Source of the DNA: Octopus sinensis
Taxonomy: Eukaryota
Direction of reading: 5' to 3'
Assembly: GCF_006345805.1 (NCBI RefSeq)
Contig: NC_043014.1
Location: forward strand, 25,482,001 to 25,546,000
Length of the DNA stretch: 64,000 nucleotides
Every line of letters starts with the position of its first letter. Position 1 is the first letter of the stretch. The position numbers were made by a program, and so were the translations under genes. The notes beneath the pieces were generated by a model, which saw only the letters and a list, made by a program, of their open reading frames with translations, was not told the DNA's origin and did no database searches. Below are positions 22,771-35,942 of this stretch, one piece after another.

Positions 22771-23155
22771 CATCATCGTCATCATCATCGTTTAATGTCC
22801 ATCTTCCATGTGATGGAACGGTACCACAAAAGCTGGCCAGGCTGCAGCCTGCACCAGGCTTCTGTGACTATTTTGGCAGGATTTTTACAGCTGGATGCAC
22901 TTCCTAACACCAACCACTCAAAAGAATGGACTTACTGCTTTTTACGTGGCACAAGCACAGACGAGGTGAGTGGTGCTTCATATGTGGCACTAGCACAGGT
23001 GAGGTGGGTAGTGCTTTTCACATGGCACAAGCACAGGAGGGGTCAGTTTTGGCAGGGTTTTACAGATGGATGCCCTTCCAAACAACAACCACTCCACAGT
23101 GTGTATTGAGTGCTTTTAAGGGGCAACTGCACTGACAGGGTCACCAAGTACTTGC
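22770..23155 (-). mobile_element. RTE-type LINE 3' UTR fragment, tail-to-tail with the preceding RTE
   Basis: catcatcatcgtttaatgtcc...tttacagctggatgcacttcctaacaccaacc, same family as 17963. Confidence 0.7.
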
Positions 23156-23169
23156 AAGACATAAAATGC

Positions 23170-23176
23170 ATATATA

Positions 23177-23226
<50 letters not shown>

Positions 23227-23348
23227 ATATATATGCATATATACACATATATATATGTGCATACATATATATATATACATGAATATGTATATATGTATAA
23301 GTATAAATACATATATATGTGTGTGTGCATATATATATATATATATAG
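23170..23348. repeat. (TA)n-rich microsatellite
   Basis: Direct reading. Confidence 0.95.
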
Positions 23349-23349
23349 T

Positions 23350-23620
23350 TAATAAAAAACATCTGAAAGAAGCACATTCTAAAGAATACAACAGTAATTA
23401 TTACAACAAAAATTTTATATCTTGGACATAGAGTTAACCAAGGTTTCGCATCTACAAAGCCAAGCCTTATGGACAGCTCATCAGATTCTACATAAATATA
23501 AAATTTAAAATATCTACAGCTTGGATATAAAGAAATGCTCAAAACTTGAGGAATACATCTTAACAGAAAAACATTAATGAAAACGAGTTATCTCCCCTGA
23601 ATCAGAGGGAGGAAAAAACC
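23350..23620 (+). mobile_element. Penelope-like thumb-domain fragment
   Basis: Translates roughly to [12 protein letters not shown]..., resembling the PLE (S/I)PY.Q..R..R.CS motif; very degenerate. Confidence 0.45.
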
Positions 23621-24189
23621 CTTATAGACCTGAAGAGGCCTAACTAGCAAATGGGGAGATCCAATTTTCCAGTAAGTATCACTTGAAGTGAATACATTTA
23701 GAAAACATTTCTTTACAGTTGCACCAGGTTTCTTATAGTCCTTAAGAATTTTGGCTCTTTCTGTGATGCAGATCTTGCAACAGCTACTTCCACTCTGGCA
23801 GACCAAGGATGTAACAAACTATCTTCCTGGGACCCTGAAAGATGACTGGCGGTTAAGAAAACATTGGTTGAACAAAGTACTCACAGAACCAATATATTTA
23901 CACACATGGGATGTGGCCCTATTCACACTCCTGGTCATCTTCTGAGGTGGTGGAACTGGGAATGGTGGATAACTCCTCCAAGTTACTGGTCCTGGATAGG
24001 TCATTATTTTTAGGTGCAGTGTTTGTACTCATGTTAACATACATTGCGGGCCTGGTCACTCTATCTGTATCTATGGTTTGTTCATTATCCATGGCGGTGG
24101 TACCAGGGTCTTTGGTGATGCTCTCTGTGATACTGGTCCTGGACTGGTTATTATCTCTGGGCATGGCTATTGGTGTGAGAACTAGTTAA

Positions 24190-24700
24190 TCTGCTAATAA
24201 TATTGTACATTAATGTTATTGCAGATGTTACTTTAGATCTGGGCTCTTGTACATACAGGTCCTATCACAAGCCAAATGAGAGAATATCTTATATTAGTAC
24301 AGCCTCCTGCCACTCCACTATAGTTTTCAAGAACCTAGTGAAAGGTGTAAGCAAGAGGACCTCAAATCTATCCTTGAGCCAAGATATCTTCGATGCAGCT
24401 GCCCCCTACTACAACGAGGCACTGGGATTGAGTGAGTTTAACACCTGGAAAAGGAAGCACCACAGGAGTGTCATTTGGTTTGCTCCACTCTTCTCACTCA
24501 ACATCAAGATGTGTGGGAAAGATTTTCCTTAAATTGATAGATATACATTTAACGCACATACATACACACACACTCGAATACAGGTATTTATTTAACAGGC
24601 ATAATCTAAGAGTCTCCTTTAGTTGTGCACCTAACATAAAAAAACATTTTAGCAAGTACCCACAATACAAGGGAGGAGTTTTGCTCTTGCAGGTTTTATA
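24190..24700 (+). mobile_element. Penelope-like element fragment (RT end, thumb, linker)
   Basis: ORFs 24203-24532 and 24432-24701: DVTLDLGSCTYRSYHKPNE...SCHSTIVFKNL...AAPYYNEAL...VIWFAPLFS...FLKLIDIH...LFNRHNLRVSFSCAPNI. Confidence 0.8.
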
Positions 24701-24989
24701 ATAATTGTTCAGTAGGAGACTGATGCGAGGCTGAAGGGGTCATCTCTGAGGCTATGGTGATACCTAGACCTGATATCTGCAACAACAGTAATGTACCATC
24801 AAATAGCAATATTATTAGTACCATGGACAATAAACAAACCATAGATACAGATAGAGTGACCAGGCCTGCGATGTATATTACCGGCAGTACAAATGCTGTA
24901 CATAGTACAGCATTTGTACTGGTGGTACTATGATAGTTGTAAGGTGTTAAATGGTCAAGTGACCTAAAAGTGACTTACTATGGATTATA

Positions 24990-25995
24990 GCAGTGATTGG
25001 GACTGTTTTTAAATGAATTCTTGGGAATCTCTTGAATGTATCATTTTTAATATTTGCATGTGTTTGCGTTATTCTAAGGCTGTGGTGGATATGTCGTTTT
25101 GTAGTAAAGAGAGTCTCTTTACTAATTCATTGGCTACATGTTGTATTGTCCCTGAATTGATAGAGGGGAAAAATTCTGAAGCTTGGATTTTTGTTATTGG
25201 CACAAATGTCTATGTGTTGGCTGAATGCTATTTTTGTTTTGGGGAATTTTGATCTGGGATCTGTGCAGAGCCATTCTTGTACATAGACTGTTTTTTGTTT
25301 GGCCTATGTATTGCTCTTGACACCCAGAGCAGGTTAGTGCACATATCAGGTTCTCCGAAGCACATGTGAAGTTGCTTTTCCCTGTGAGACGTTGTCCCTG
25401 TTTGAAGGAGAACTCTGATCCCACAATTAAATTGACGCATATCCCACAGTTGGGTTTTCTGCATTTTTTTACTGACAGCTTCTCTGTTGTTGTTGAGCGT
25501 ATTCAGGTTTGTGTTAAGCGACTTTTCATAGATTTTGGGCTGTCTCTTGCTTTTTATGATGGTGTGTGTTTGGAGGATTAAGTTCATTTTGTTGTCCTTT
25601 CTCAGCAGGGGAATGTTTTGGAAGATGGTGTCGAAGGCTTCATTGTTGAGAGGGTTGTATGTGGAGATGTATGGTAGGGCTTTTGGTTGTAAATCCTTTT
25701 TTAATTTGGGATGTCCGAGTTCCTGGATGTTGAGTTGAAGAGCACGTTGAAAGCATATGTCAATTAGTGAAGGTGGGTAGTTCCTGGTGATGAGTGTATC
25801 CTTTAGTTCATGTAATCATGTGTCTGGTGTTTGCATTAGAAACTATAGTACATATATCCTTTTTGCTAGGTTGAAGGGGATATTCATTCTGGAGTGTCTA
25901 GGGTGGCATGAGTTGAATGGTAGATATTGCTTGGAGTCCGTGGGCTTATAGTATATATCTGTTTCTATTACGTTGTTAGATTTCTTAATGAGGAT
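24990..25995 (-). mobile_element. Penelope-like element 3' half with GIY-YIG endonuclease
   Basis: IETDIYYKPTDSKQYLPFNSCHPRHSRMNIPFNLAKRI (thumb) and NFTCASENLICALTCSGCQEQYIGQTKNSLCTRMALHRSQI (GIY-YIG). Confidence 0.88.
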
Positions 25996-26607
25996 GTGTG
26001 GGAGGTTTGGTTGGGGTGGGGGGAAGGAGGAGCAATATGGAATTAAAAGGATTTTTTTGTTTCTGGGCACACACAGACGCACACATACACACACACAACA
26101 CCCTGATAAATACCATTCACACACATACACACACCACCAGGACAATTATAACAGCACAAACATACTCAAACAAACACACACTCATGTACACACACATAAC
26201 ATCCCCACCAACACAAAACACACAAACATACTCACACACCCGCAGATGCACACATACACACACACGAACAAACACAAACACACACACAACACCCTAACAA
26301 ATATTGATCACACACACACACACAAACGTGCACACAGATACACATACCATCCTGCCAATATAAAACACATATAGACCCATATACATATGCAACAATAAAC
26401 TTTGGGACCAATCAAAAATGGCTCCCACACACAAACACATGTATAAACACACACACTTAGGGACGTGCACCGATACATGCACACTATTCTGACCTCTAAG
26501 ACCAGTCCCCAAAACCACTGAACCATGACAGACTAGCCCAGAAACAAAAAAATCCTTTTAATTCCACATTGCTCCTCCTTCTCCCCACCCCAACCAACCT
26601 CCCACAC
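25996..26607. repeat. Fold-back unit: ~72-bp near-perfect inverted arms around a CA-rich core
   Basis: 25996-26068 is the reverse complement of 26536-26607 (2 substitutions, 1 indel). Confidence 0.9.
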
Positions 26608-27182
26608 TGTCCCTTAAAATAGCAAACATTCCTTAGCTACACACAAGACAGAAAAAATGCCAAAAAGGTTGGTTCCTCTCGAATTTTTTGTAAATTCTAA
26701 AACATATCTCCTTCTGTGTATATATATGTACTACCAAACAAACATGATTTTTATTGAACTCCTAATATTTTTGTTGAATATTTTCTTAAATACTTTCTTG
26801 TAAACTGTTTTTAACATTTTCTTATTATTATCAAAAAAATGTATATGTGTAACTGAATACCTTCGTGACAACCAGTACTTAACACAACAAAGCTTATACA
26901 ATGCTTTACATTTTACTTTTGACAATCTTTTTCTAAAAAAGTGAAACCAGTTAAGTGAACAAACATCTTTAAAATTGCATTTTCAAACCTTCTTTCATAT
27001 ATATTTTCTCTCATGCAATATCTTACAAATTTACTTTGTTATATATATATATTCCAAGAAAATTAGAGGTTGTGAATCCAACAAACTAAGGGATAATATC
27101 CCAATTTATATTCCTGTATGTTATATTTTAATAATTACTGGTATCTTTATATTTTTTAAATTTTATTTATATTTTTTTATTT

Positions 27183-28088
27183 TATCTAGTTTCAGCTCAC
27201 GGGCTGTGACCATGCTGGGGCACCGCCATTTGGTGTTGCTACATGATTTTACTTCACGAATGCTTTTAGCAATTGACATTTGATGCATGAGAGAGTTTGA
27301 TGCAGCTGCCCTCATCTGCACCTCCTGCCGTGAAGTTGGTTCATCTGAGACACCTGACAGGAAGAGGTCCAGCTTTATTTTAAAGACATCTGCATCCACC
27401 CCATGCAGGTCTCCCAGGTCCTTTGGGAGGATACTGAAGAGCTGTGGGTCTCTGAAGCCCAGGCTATCACAGTATCTTGTCCTACATCTTGATGGCAAAT
27501 TTGGAGTCCTTGGCACTCTGCATTGGCGCCCAGTTGTAGTATTTGTGTAACTCTCGATGCCAAAGTTTGGGACAAGTCCTTCCAGATGTATATTATGGCA
27601 TATCTTTCTTGCCTACGCTCTAAGGAATAGAGTCTTAATCTCTTGAGTCTTTCCCAATAGCTTATATGCTGCACAGAGGCTATCTTCTTCATGTAGCTTC
27701 ATTGGATTGCCTCCAGTTCTGAGATTAATTTGACTCTGGTTGGTGACCATAGCTGAGAGCAATAGTCAAAGTGGCTTAGGACAAGTGTCCTCCAGAGGAC
27801 CATCATGGTTTCTTGGTCTCTTGTTTTAAAAGCACTAAGAATCCATCCAGTCAGCCGCCTACATTTCATTGCCAATTTAGCAACATGCACATGAAAGGTT
27901 GCATCATTACTCATGTAAATACCCAGGTCTTGCACTGATTGTGCCTCTGGGATTGCAATCCCTCTGGGTCCAGTGTATTTATTGGGTATTGCATTTAGTT
28001 TTGCATGCTGATAGCATAAAGCTTGAAACTTTTCAGCATTGAACTGCATACTATTCTTTTCAGCCCACTTGTATATTTTGTCCAGCTC
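27183..28088 (-). mobile_element. 5'-truncated CR1-clade LINE (3' end of ORF2 plus 3' UTR)
   Basis: ELDKIYKWAEKNSMQFNAEKFQAL...VQDLGI...LSHFDYCSQLWSP, SYWERLKRLRLYSLERRQER, FKIKLDLFLSGVSDEP. Confidence 0.9.
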
Positions 28089-28107
28089 ACATATATATAT
28101 ATATATA

Positions 28108-29792
28108 CTAGCATAGTTACCCGGCATTGCCCGAGTTACATACAATTGAAGAATTAGACTTTTCTGTTATATTTTCTGCAATGAACTGAAATACCTATGT
28201 TTCGAATTTCATCTAAATTCCTGATGAGGGTTATTTCCCTCTTTACACACCCAAACAAAATTGTAATCATGCCACGTGTATCCCATACTACTGATTTTTA
28301 TGCGCATATTTCAAAATTCCAGTCTTATAGAACTTGTTAAAAGGATTTTGCTCCTGAAAAATGGAGGTCATGGAGCTCTAAAATGTGAGAATTAACGCCC
28401 CTATTGGGGGTGGGCATCTTAATGTCAACCAGAGAAGTTGAATTGTTGAGAATCTTTTTAACTTGGGTCTTATATCTATTGTTTGAATTTCTTTGAAATA
28501 GGAAATATATGTTCACTGGGTTTGTAAAAGAGAGCAAAGCTACAGAAAACCAAAAGATGAATGATCACAATAAGCAGTCAGCTACACTACCTTAGTCGTT
28601 ACCACTCCCAATGTAGTGTTCCTCACCATCCAGGTGACAGGTACAGCTGTAAGATGCATTACGAATCTATAGCAATTGGAAGGGCGTGACCCAACTGAAA
28701 TAAACATCAACAACTGTGTGACATGAGGGCTAAGGAGAAATGAAAGTGTCACCTCTGGAGTTTGCAAATGACCACTATACTCATACGTATCTGGACAGAA
28801 TAAATTTACAATCTATAAATGTCTTTGAATAATCAGTCACTCATCTGGGAAGGCCTTGAAATCAATGTTACCATGTGGGGACTATGTGTGACCCAGTGAT
28901 AATAAAAAGACTGAAAGGAGGTCTGCAATCAAATAACTTTACTCAACACTTTGCAACTGAATCAGTGGAGGCAAAGATGCCTTTCATTTACTTGAAAATT
29001 TATGCAGCACATTGCAGAAATCACAATGTAAGTGTATGTCAAAGCAAAGTGTTACACTGTTGTACCATTGAATTACAAATAATGCTCATCTTCTATGCTC
29101 GGATGACCCCACAGCTTCCAAGAGTACAACTATTTGTCTTTGCTTAGATAAAATGACAAAATTGTGGGTGTTAAGTCCCCATGAAGGAGTCTTTCTAACT
29201 TGTAAGAAGACGAAATTTTATAAATATTACTTCATTTGTATCTAATATCTATGGTTAAAATTTCATCAACAGCAAAAATATATGAATTGTCATGGGAGTT
29301 GTGGCCCTTATGCATAGAATATAATTTCCAAATTTCGTAAAGATCCATTCAGTACTTTTGACTTAGTTTTGGATCATAAAAGAAATGACTAAAATTTGGG
29401 AGTTAAGGCCCACATTAGGATGTCTTAGAATCCTCATGTGAAGTGGAAACTTTGAGAATACTTCTTGATGTGTGTCAATTACCCATGGTTGAAATTTCAT
29501 GAACATCGAAAATTTATGAATTTTCATGGGGGGGTTCTGCCCCCTTTAAGCCATCTGAAATTCAAACCAAACATATTGCATTATACCCGCCCTTATGCAT
29601 TGAATCTAAGTTTCAAATATCATAAGGATCCATTCAGTAATTTTGGTCCATGAAATTGTATGAAACACACAGCATTACTCTTCTCCCTAAGTTTGGATTT
29701 TGTGTTCCAAATTTCATTATGGTCGGTGCAGCAGTTTTAGAATGTATAAGTAATACACGAACACATGAAGACATTGTCTTTGATATAATAGA
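28108..29792 (-). mobile_element. Non-autonomous Helitron-like element (~1.7 kb)
   Basis: Minus-strand 3' end hairpin (ctcgggcaatgccggg) then ...TGCTAG|T at 28108; putative 5' TC end near 29792 followed by an aaaactgctgcaccgaccataatgaaatttgg motif. The 5' boundary is uncertain. Confidence 0.55.
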
Positions 29793-29843
29793 AATGAATG
29801 TGCACATACACATATATGTATATATATGTGTGTGTGTGTGTAT

Positions 29844-29859
<16 letters not shown>

Positions 29860-29875
<16 letters not shown>

Positions 29876-30594
29876 AAGATAAATTGATAGATACAACTGA
29901 GTGGGCAAACAAAAATATGATACACAGCGTAGTGAGTTTTTATGTTGATAAGCCTGGTACTTATTCAATTAGTTTCTTCTTGTGAAAGCAGAAAGTTATG
30001 GGGATGTAAATAAACAAACAGCAGTTGTGAAGCAGTGATGAGGGTGAAAAAAGAAAACAAAGTTACACTCACTTAAATATATACATACATATATATACGA
30101 TTGATTTCTTTAAGTTTCTGTCTACGAAATCCATATATATATATATATAATATATATATATATATATTATATATATATATATATGTATGTATACAAACAC
30201 ACACACACACACACAAAAAGATAAACTGTGTGGGCAAACAAAAATATGAGATACTGCCTAGTGGTTTTTTAAATTTATTTTGATAAGCCTGGTACTTATT
30301 CTATCAGTTTCATCTTGTGAAAACAGTAAGTTATGGGGATGTAAATAAATGAACAGCAGTTGTGAGGCAGTGACGAGGGAGAAACATAAAGACACACACA
30401 CAGACTTACATATATACATACATATATATATCTGGTTGATTTCTTTCAGTTTCTGTCTACAAAATCCACTGACAAGGCTTTGGTTGGTCTGAGGCTATAG
30501 CAGAAGACACATACCAAGTCACCACACAGTGGGACTGAACCCAGGACCATGTGTTTTGGAACGAAGTTTGTTACCACACAGCCACACTTGCACC
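29860..30594 (-). mobile_element. tRNA-derived SINE (family 2) with ~335-bp tandem duplication of its body
   Basis: Two diverged copies of gggcaaacaaaaatatga...gataagcctggtacttatt...gttatggggatgtaaata...tttctgtctac (at ~29897 and ~30232); the tRNA-like head at 30430-30594 is present once. Confidence 0.75.
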
Positions 30595-30636
30595 TATGTA
30601 TATGTGTGTATGTGAGTATGGGTGTATATATATATA

Positions 30637-31223
30637 TGCATGTATATATGTGTATATATATGTGTACATATTACATGTACATCTATTTGTATAGAAATAA
30701 ATGTATACATACACACACACATACATAGGTGCAGGTGTGGCTGTGTGGTAACAAACTTCATTCCAAAACACATGGTCCTGGGTTTAAATTTAAATTTAAA
30801 ATAATAAGGGTGAGAAATTGAATATTAATTTGATTAATATGAATTGAAAACCAGTGGTGTAGCATATAAGACTATAGCGGATCTTCTTCTAGCAAAATGG
30901 ATGTCCACTGTTAATGGTTCATCCCTCTTATATAATAGTTTGACTTTAATAGTTTCAGTATTAAAGTGAAAGTATCTGACATTACAATAGAGAGATGTTT
31001 TTGTTTCACTTTTAACACGTAATACTGAAATAGTGGAGAAGATATGATATTGCTGTGGGCTCGCCTTAGGCAAGAAGTTAGAAATGATTTTGCCCATGAC
31101 ACTACATGGACCCTAAGTAAGGCATGTGTAAAATTTGAATGAAATTGGTTGTGTAGTTCTCAAGTTTTAGGGAAACACACAGACAGACAGACAGACACAC
31201 ATTCTCAGTTTTATATATATAGA
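30637..31223 (-). mobile_element. Non-autonomous Helitron, same family as 52244-53227, 3' terminus missing
   Basis: 5' A|TCTATATATATAAAACTGAG at 31223; ~30990-31223 aligns in reverse complement with 52244-52480, and 30638-30684 with 53141-53187. Confidence 0.8.
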
Positions 31224-31229
31224 TATAAA

Positions 31230-34200
31230 TGCAAAAGGACCAAAAGACAAAGGAAGAAAAAGTTGCATGTCACCTGCATCAAAACTAAAATATTCCAATG
31301 TAGTGCGCACTATCTCTAAAAGCCAGCCCTGTCCAGAAGTTGCCATAAAGACTTCAGCTGAGCAACAATCTTCTTTATACATGGCACAAAAGTTTGTGCA
31401 ATAAATGACCTGGCTACGTCAATTCCAGAGCTGGAGCCATCCCCACCAACAAACAAGAATGCCACAGCCAATGGATCCAGCGTGGTCACCATTGGCATCA
31501 GCACAGATGTCACACCAACATACTTTATAAACATCAGAGGACTGTTGCAACTTAGTAATGGAACCAAAATTACCTTCCTGAGGGACCTTGTGGCATGAAA
31601 TCAAGGACTATGCCTAGCACTCACCAAAACACACCTAAAACCTCACATCACAGATATAGAAATACATATACCAAAGGATGCTTTCTTGTGAAGTGACAGT
31701 AAAGAGAGGAATCATGGTGGAGTTGTCATGTACATCCATGATGATCTCACAAAACAGATTCTTTTGTTGCACTCAAACTCAGTGTGCGACAGTAATTGTA
31801 CACATAAGACAACTCAATATAGTTACATGTACTACTTATTGCCCACCAGATGCTCCAAATCCCATGCCTTGCAAGAATAGATGAAGTCTTAACCAAACTA
31901 GACTGTACATCTCATGGGGGGTTTCAACCTGCCCAATGTAGGATGGCCTTAAGACATTTTCCTCTCAGGAATGACATGATGTGATTAAAGTCAGGTTGAA
32001 TCACTGCTCGACCACATCAAGTTACACACGGAGCAAATAATACTCCAGCCAAGCAGGGAAAACAATATACTTGATTTCTATTTCACAAACAATATGGGTC
32101 TTATCCATAATGTGAAAGTAATACCAACATTAGTCTTGGATCACAGCATAATAGAGCTGACCATGTACAGACCAAAGGAACCCACGGACATATAGCCTAT
32201 GAGAAGCATTCAAAACCTAACCAATCTGAACTACCACAACGCAGGTTGAAAATCAATAGAGAAAGATCATCAGACAGGACTGGTCCCAATGTCTCTCTAC
32301 ACCTGACATTGATATAAAACTGAAAATTTTCATGTCCATAGTGCAAGTCATATGCCTCTATTTTGTCCCTGAGAGAAAGGCGAGTACACATAAAAACAAG
32401 ATTCCCAGGGGCAGAAAAGTTCTTATGAGACAGCATACAAAAATTACAAACTGCCTCAACATAAAACACAGTAGCAGTGAAAAATCCTGCCTTGAAACAG
32501 CACTGCTGGAGATTGAGAAACATATGAAATGCTCACATGAAAAAGAAAGACACAGAAGCCTGAGTTCTAAAAAAATATGCCAAAGAAACTGTCTCCATGG
32601 ATTGCAATTTAAGGTCATTCCTCCAAAATGATGATTCCCACACAGGAAATCCAATAAGGATAAGTGAAACACTGAATAAACATTTCAAAAGTGTCCTCAC
32701 CCCACCTGTATGGCACATGAAAATTAGCAAACCTGTAGAATTCCTTACCACTACAGAAGTAGAAAGGGAGGCAGTAACAATTGATTACATCAACATCAAA
32801 GAAGAGAATGTAATACTAGCAATAGATGACACAGACACAAACTCAGCTGCAGGCCCCGATGGATTCCCAGCAATCCTTCTCAAGTCATGTAAATGAGTCC
32901 TTGCAAAACCATTGCAGCTTCTTTTTCAGTGATTCCTTGTAAATGGCAAGCTCCTGGGAAAACTAAAGGAGAGAATAATATGCCCTATTCATAAAGGAGG
33001 AAGCAGAGTAGATACTAAAAATTATAGGCCTATCTCCCTGACCTCACACATCAGAAAAATCATGGACTGAATAGTCTAAAGGAAACCACATTCCTTGAAG
33101 AGAATAACTTGCTGACTGACACCCAGCACGGTTTTTGACCTGCTAGAAGCTGCCTGACACAGCTCTTATAGCACTACAACTGGATGCTAAAGCAGCTTCT
33201 CAACAACTTAGATGTGGATGTGATATATCTTGACTTTGCAAAAGCCTTTGATAAAGCCAACCATGGTATGATCTCAGTGAGATCTCAGCATAATTGGAAA
33301 ACCTGGAGAATGGCTGCATGTCCTTCTAAAAGATAGATGTCAGGCAGTGGTGGCCAATGGCGTCACCTCCAAGGAAATGCAAATAATGAGTGGTGTTCCC
33401 CAGGGCACTGTCTTGGGGCCACTGCTATTCATAGTGGCCCTCAGCTGTTCAGGTAGCCACCCTTGCTAGCTATGCAGAAGATACAAACATCTCTCAGAGG
33501 ATACAGAACCCTGGGGATATTGCTTATCTGCAATGGGAATTGGATGCAATATACAGGTGGGCTGAGGAAAACAATATGCACTTTAATGCTGGAAAATTAG
33601 AAGCCCTCTGCTACCAACACATAAAGCTCAATGTAAAGCAGACAGGATACACTGGCCCAGGAGGGATTGCAATACCTGAATCAAAATCAGTGCACAACCT
33701 GGGCATCTTTCCAGGTGCGTATGACTAAGTTGGCAATAAAATGCAGATGGTTGGCCAGATGGATCCTTCAAACTTTCAGAATGAGAGAAAAGGAAACTAT
33801 GATGGTCCTCTGGGGAACATTCATCCTCAGCCATTTGAGTTACTGCTCCCAATTGTGGTTACCACACAATGTAAATTTAACAATAGAACACAAAGCAATC
33901 CAGAGAAACTACACAAAGATCATCTCAATGTGACATTTTACCTACTCAAAGAGATTGAAAAAGTTAAGACTCAACTCCCTAGAATGTAGGAGGAAAAGAT
34001 GCATAGTAATAAACATATGGAAAAGAGTAGAACCTGTATCAAAATTTGGGATTATCAGTTACAGAAACAGCAGAATGGGTTTCCAATGCACAAAAGCAAA
34101 AATTCCCAATGTTGCAATCAGAATACAGTACCAGATACTGCAACACCTTGGGGTTCAGGCACCCACAGCTCTTAAATATCCTCCCACAAAGCCCCTGAGA

Positions 34201-34420
34201 TACCAACAAAGGGTGGATGTAGGGATCTTCAAAACAAAAGTGGATCTACTCCTGTCCAGAGTTCTGCATGACCCAACCACACGGCAATAAACAAAGATGA
34301 CAGCAGGAACATCAAACTCACCTCATTCACCAAATGCCACACATCAGAGGAGGTTTAGTACAAGTGTAGCAAAGTGAATGTTGCTGCCTAGCATGGCAAC
34401 AGATCTCAAGCTGAAATATT
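31230..34420 (+). mobile_element. Near full-length degenerate CR1-clade LINE (possible ORF1 remnant, APE, RT, 3' UTR)
   Basis: Broken APE motifs (~31600-32150), AAGPDGFPAILLKSCK, NYRPISLTS, QHGF, VDVIYLDFAKAFDK, SGVPQGTVLGPLLF, a YA(E)D variant of YADD, and a C-terminus and UTR like 27183 and 37806. Confidence 0.88.
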
Positions 34421-35942
34421 TTAATAAGCCTTATTGTATAATTTTGTATTCTATATAAATACTGATTGTTATGTAATGATTTAGTTATCGAAGTTATGTA
34501 TATAATTATTAGATTTTAACTCTACGTTTATTTGTAAGACTTTACTTAGCCAAAGAGATTTATAGATCGTTAATAGTATTACGAGTTTTTTTAAAGTTAA
34601 GTTTCATGTCTATACATTTATTGATAGCATAAATTTTAGTCTTTATGCTTTATGCTATATGTGTTGATAGTTATTTAGTTATTATTTTAAATATTTTATA
34701 ATTGTTAGATGTGTACTTAAATCTAATATATGAATAGCGACTTTTTAGTTAAATAATTTGGTAATTAAATTTTTGGACTATAACTGTGTTAAGGATATTT
34801 GTGAGTTTATTATGTTTTTTTAATCTATTTTGTATATTCATATATATTTCTAATTGTAGACTTCGTTCTATTATAACTTATATATAGCTATTTTCAATTG
34901 ATAATTTATAGTAGTATTTTTCATTGATAAATATATTCGTAGTATTTATTGGATACTATATAACTACGGATTGATAATATCATTGTATAAGTATTTAGTC
35001 GTTGAAGATATGTATTTCACTATTTCATTTTAGTTCTTAACTATACGGTTTTTGGAAGTTATTAATTAGCCAATGAGATATATGGATCGTTAAATACTTA
35101 TAGGGTTCTTTTAAGATAGTTTATTTGTTTACATTTTGCTTTTTCATCTTTAATCTTTTAATTTTTAATATATTTCATAAGTAATAATGAATAATTAATT
35201 TATTTAGATTTTTATTATACGTGTATATATATTTATTGATAGAGATAATTTTAGATCTTAATTCTTATATTTATATACATTTATATATATTCATTGATAA
35301 TTTAGTTATTATTCAAATATTATATAATTATTTGATTTAAATTTAAATTTAATAATATGAATAGTGATTATTTTTTTGATTATTTTTTTGTTAAATAATT
35401 AGGTAATTAGATATTGACTATAACTGAGATTAGATTATTTATGAGTTAATTATGTTTTTTTAAAGCCATATTATATCTGAATAGATAAGTACATTTTCTA
35501 TCTATTCTTACCTTAAAAATTAATATTTAACATTATAATCGATTGTATGACATAATCATAATCGTTAAAGTTTCTTGTTTGATAACAGGGTTTTTTATAA
35601 GAAAAATTATTATTTTATTTATTTCTTAAAAAAATATTGTTTAAATATATTTGATTATTTATTTAACTATTATCATTAACCTGAAGATTGACTATAACCA
35701 TAATTCGAATTATTAACTGAATTTAAATTATTGTAATTCGAATTAGGTTATGGGCATGAAACGATCGTAGTGGTTTTACTTTTTATCTTATATTAAATTT
35801 TTTAATACTTTTTGATAGTTATATATATTTAAAATAAAAAATAAAAGAATAAAAATAAAAATAATTAAATATATATTAAAATAAATTAATAATTTTAAAT
35901 TTTTAACTTTAAATTTAAATAATTTAAATTTTAAATTTTGTA
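34420..35942. other. Extremely AT-rich low-complexity block abutting the assembly gap
   Basis: Very few G/C; degenerate internal duplication with a drifting ~520-650 bp offset. Confidence 0.75.

Noticed and set aside
23919-24164. 81-aa T/S/N-rich ORF
   Set aside because: No recognisable domain; it overlaps an inverted-repeat arm in a TE-derived region.
28780-29150. Cys/His-containing ORF (28875-29147) as a captured gene or transposase tail
   Set aside because: No recognisable motif spacing; insufficient support without a search.
34420-35942. Possible mitochondrial insertion (NUMT)
   Set aside because: No mitochondrial gene, rRNA or tRNA motif was recognisable by eye; left as unclassified pending BLAST.
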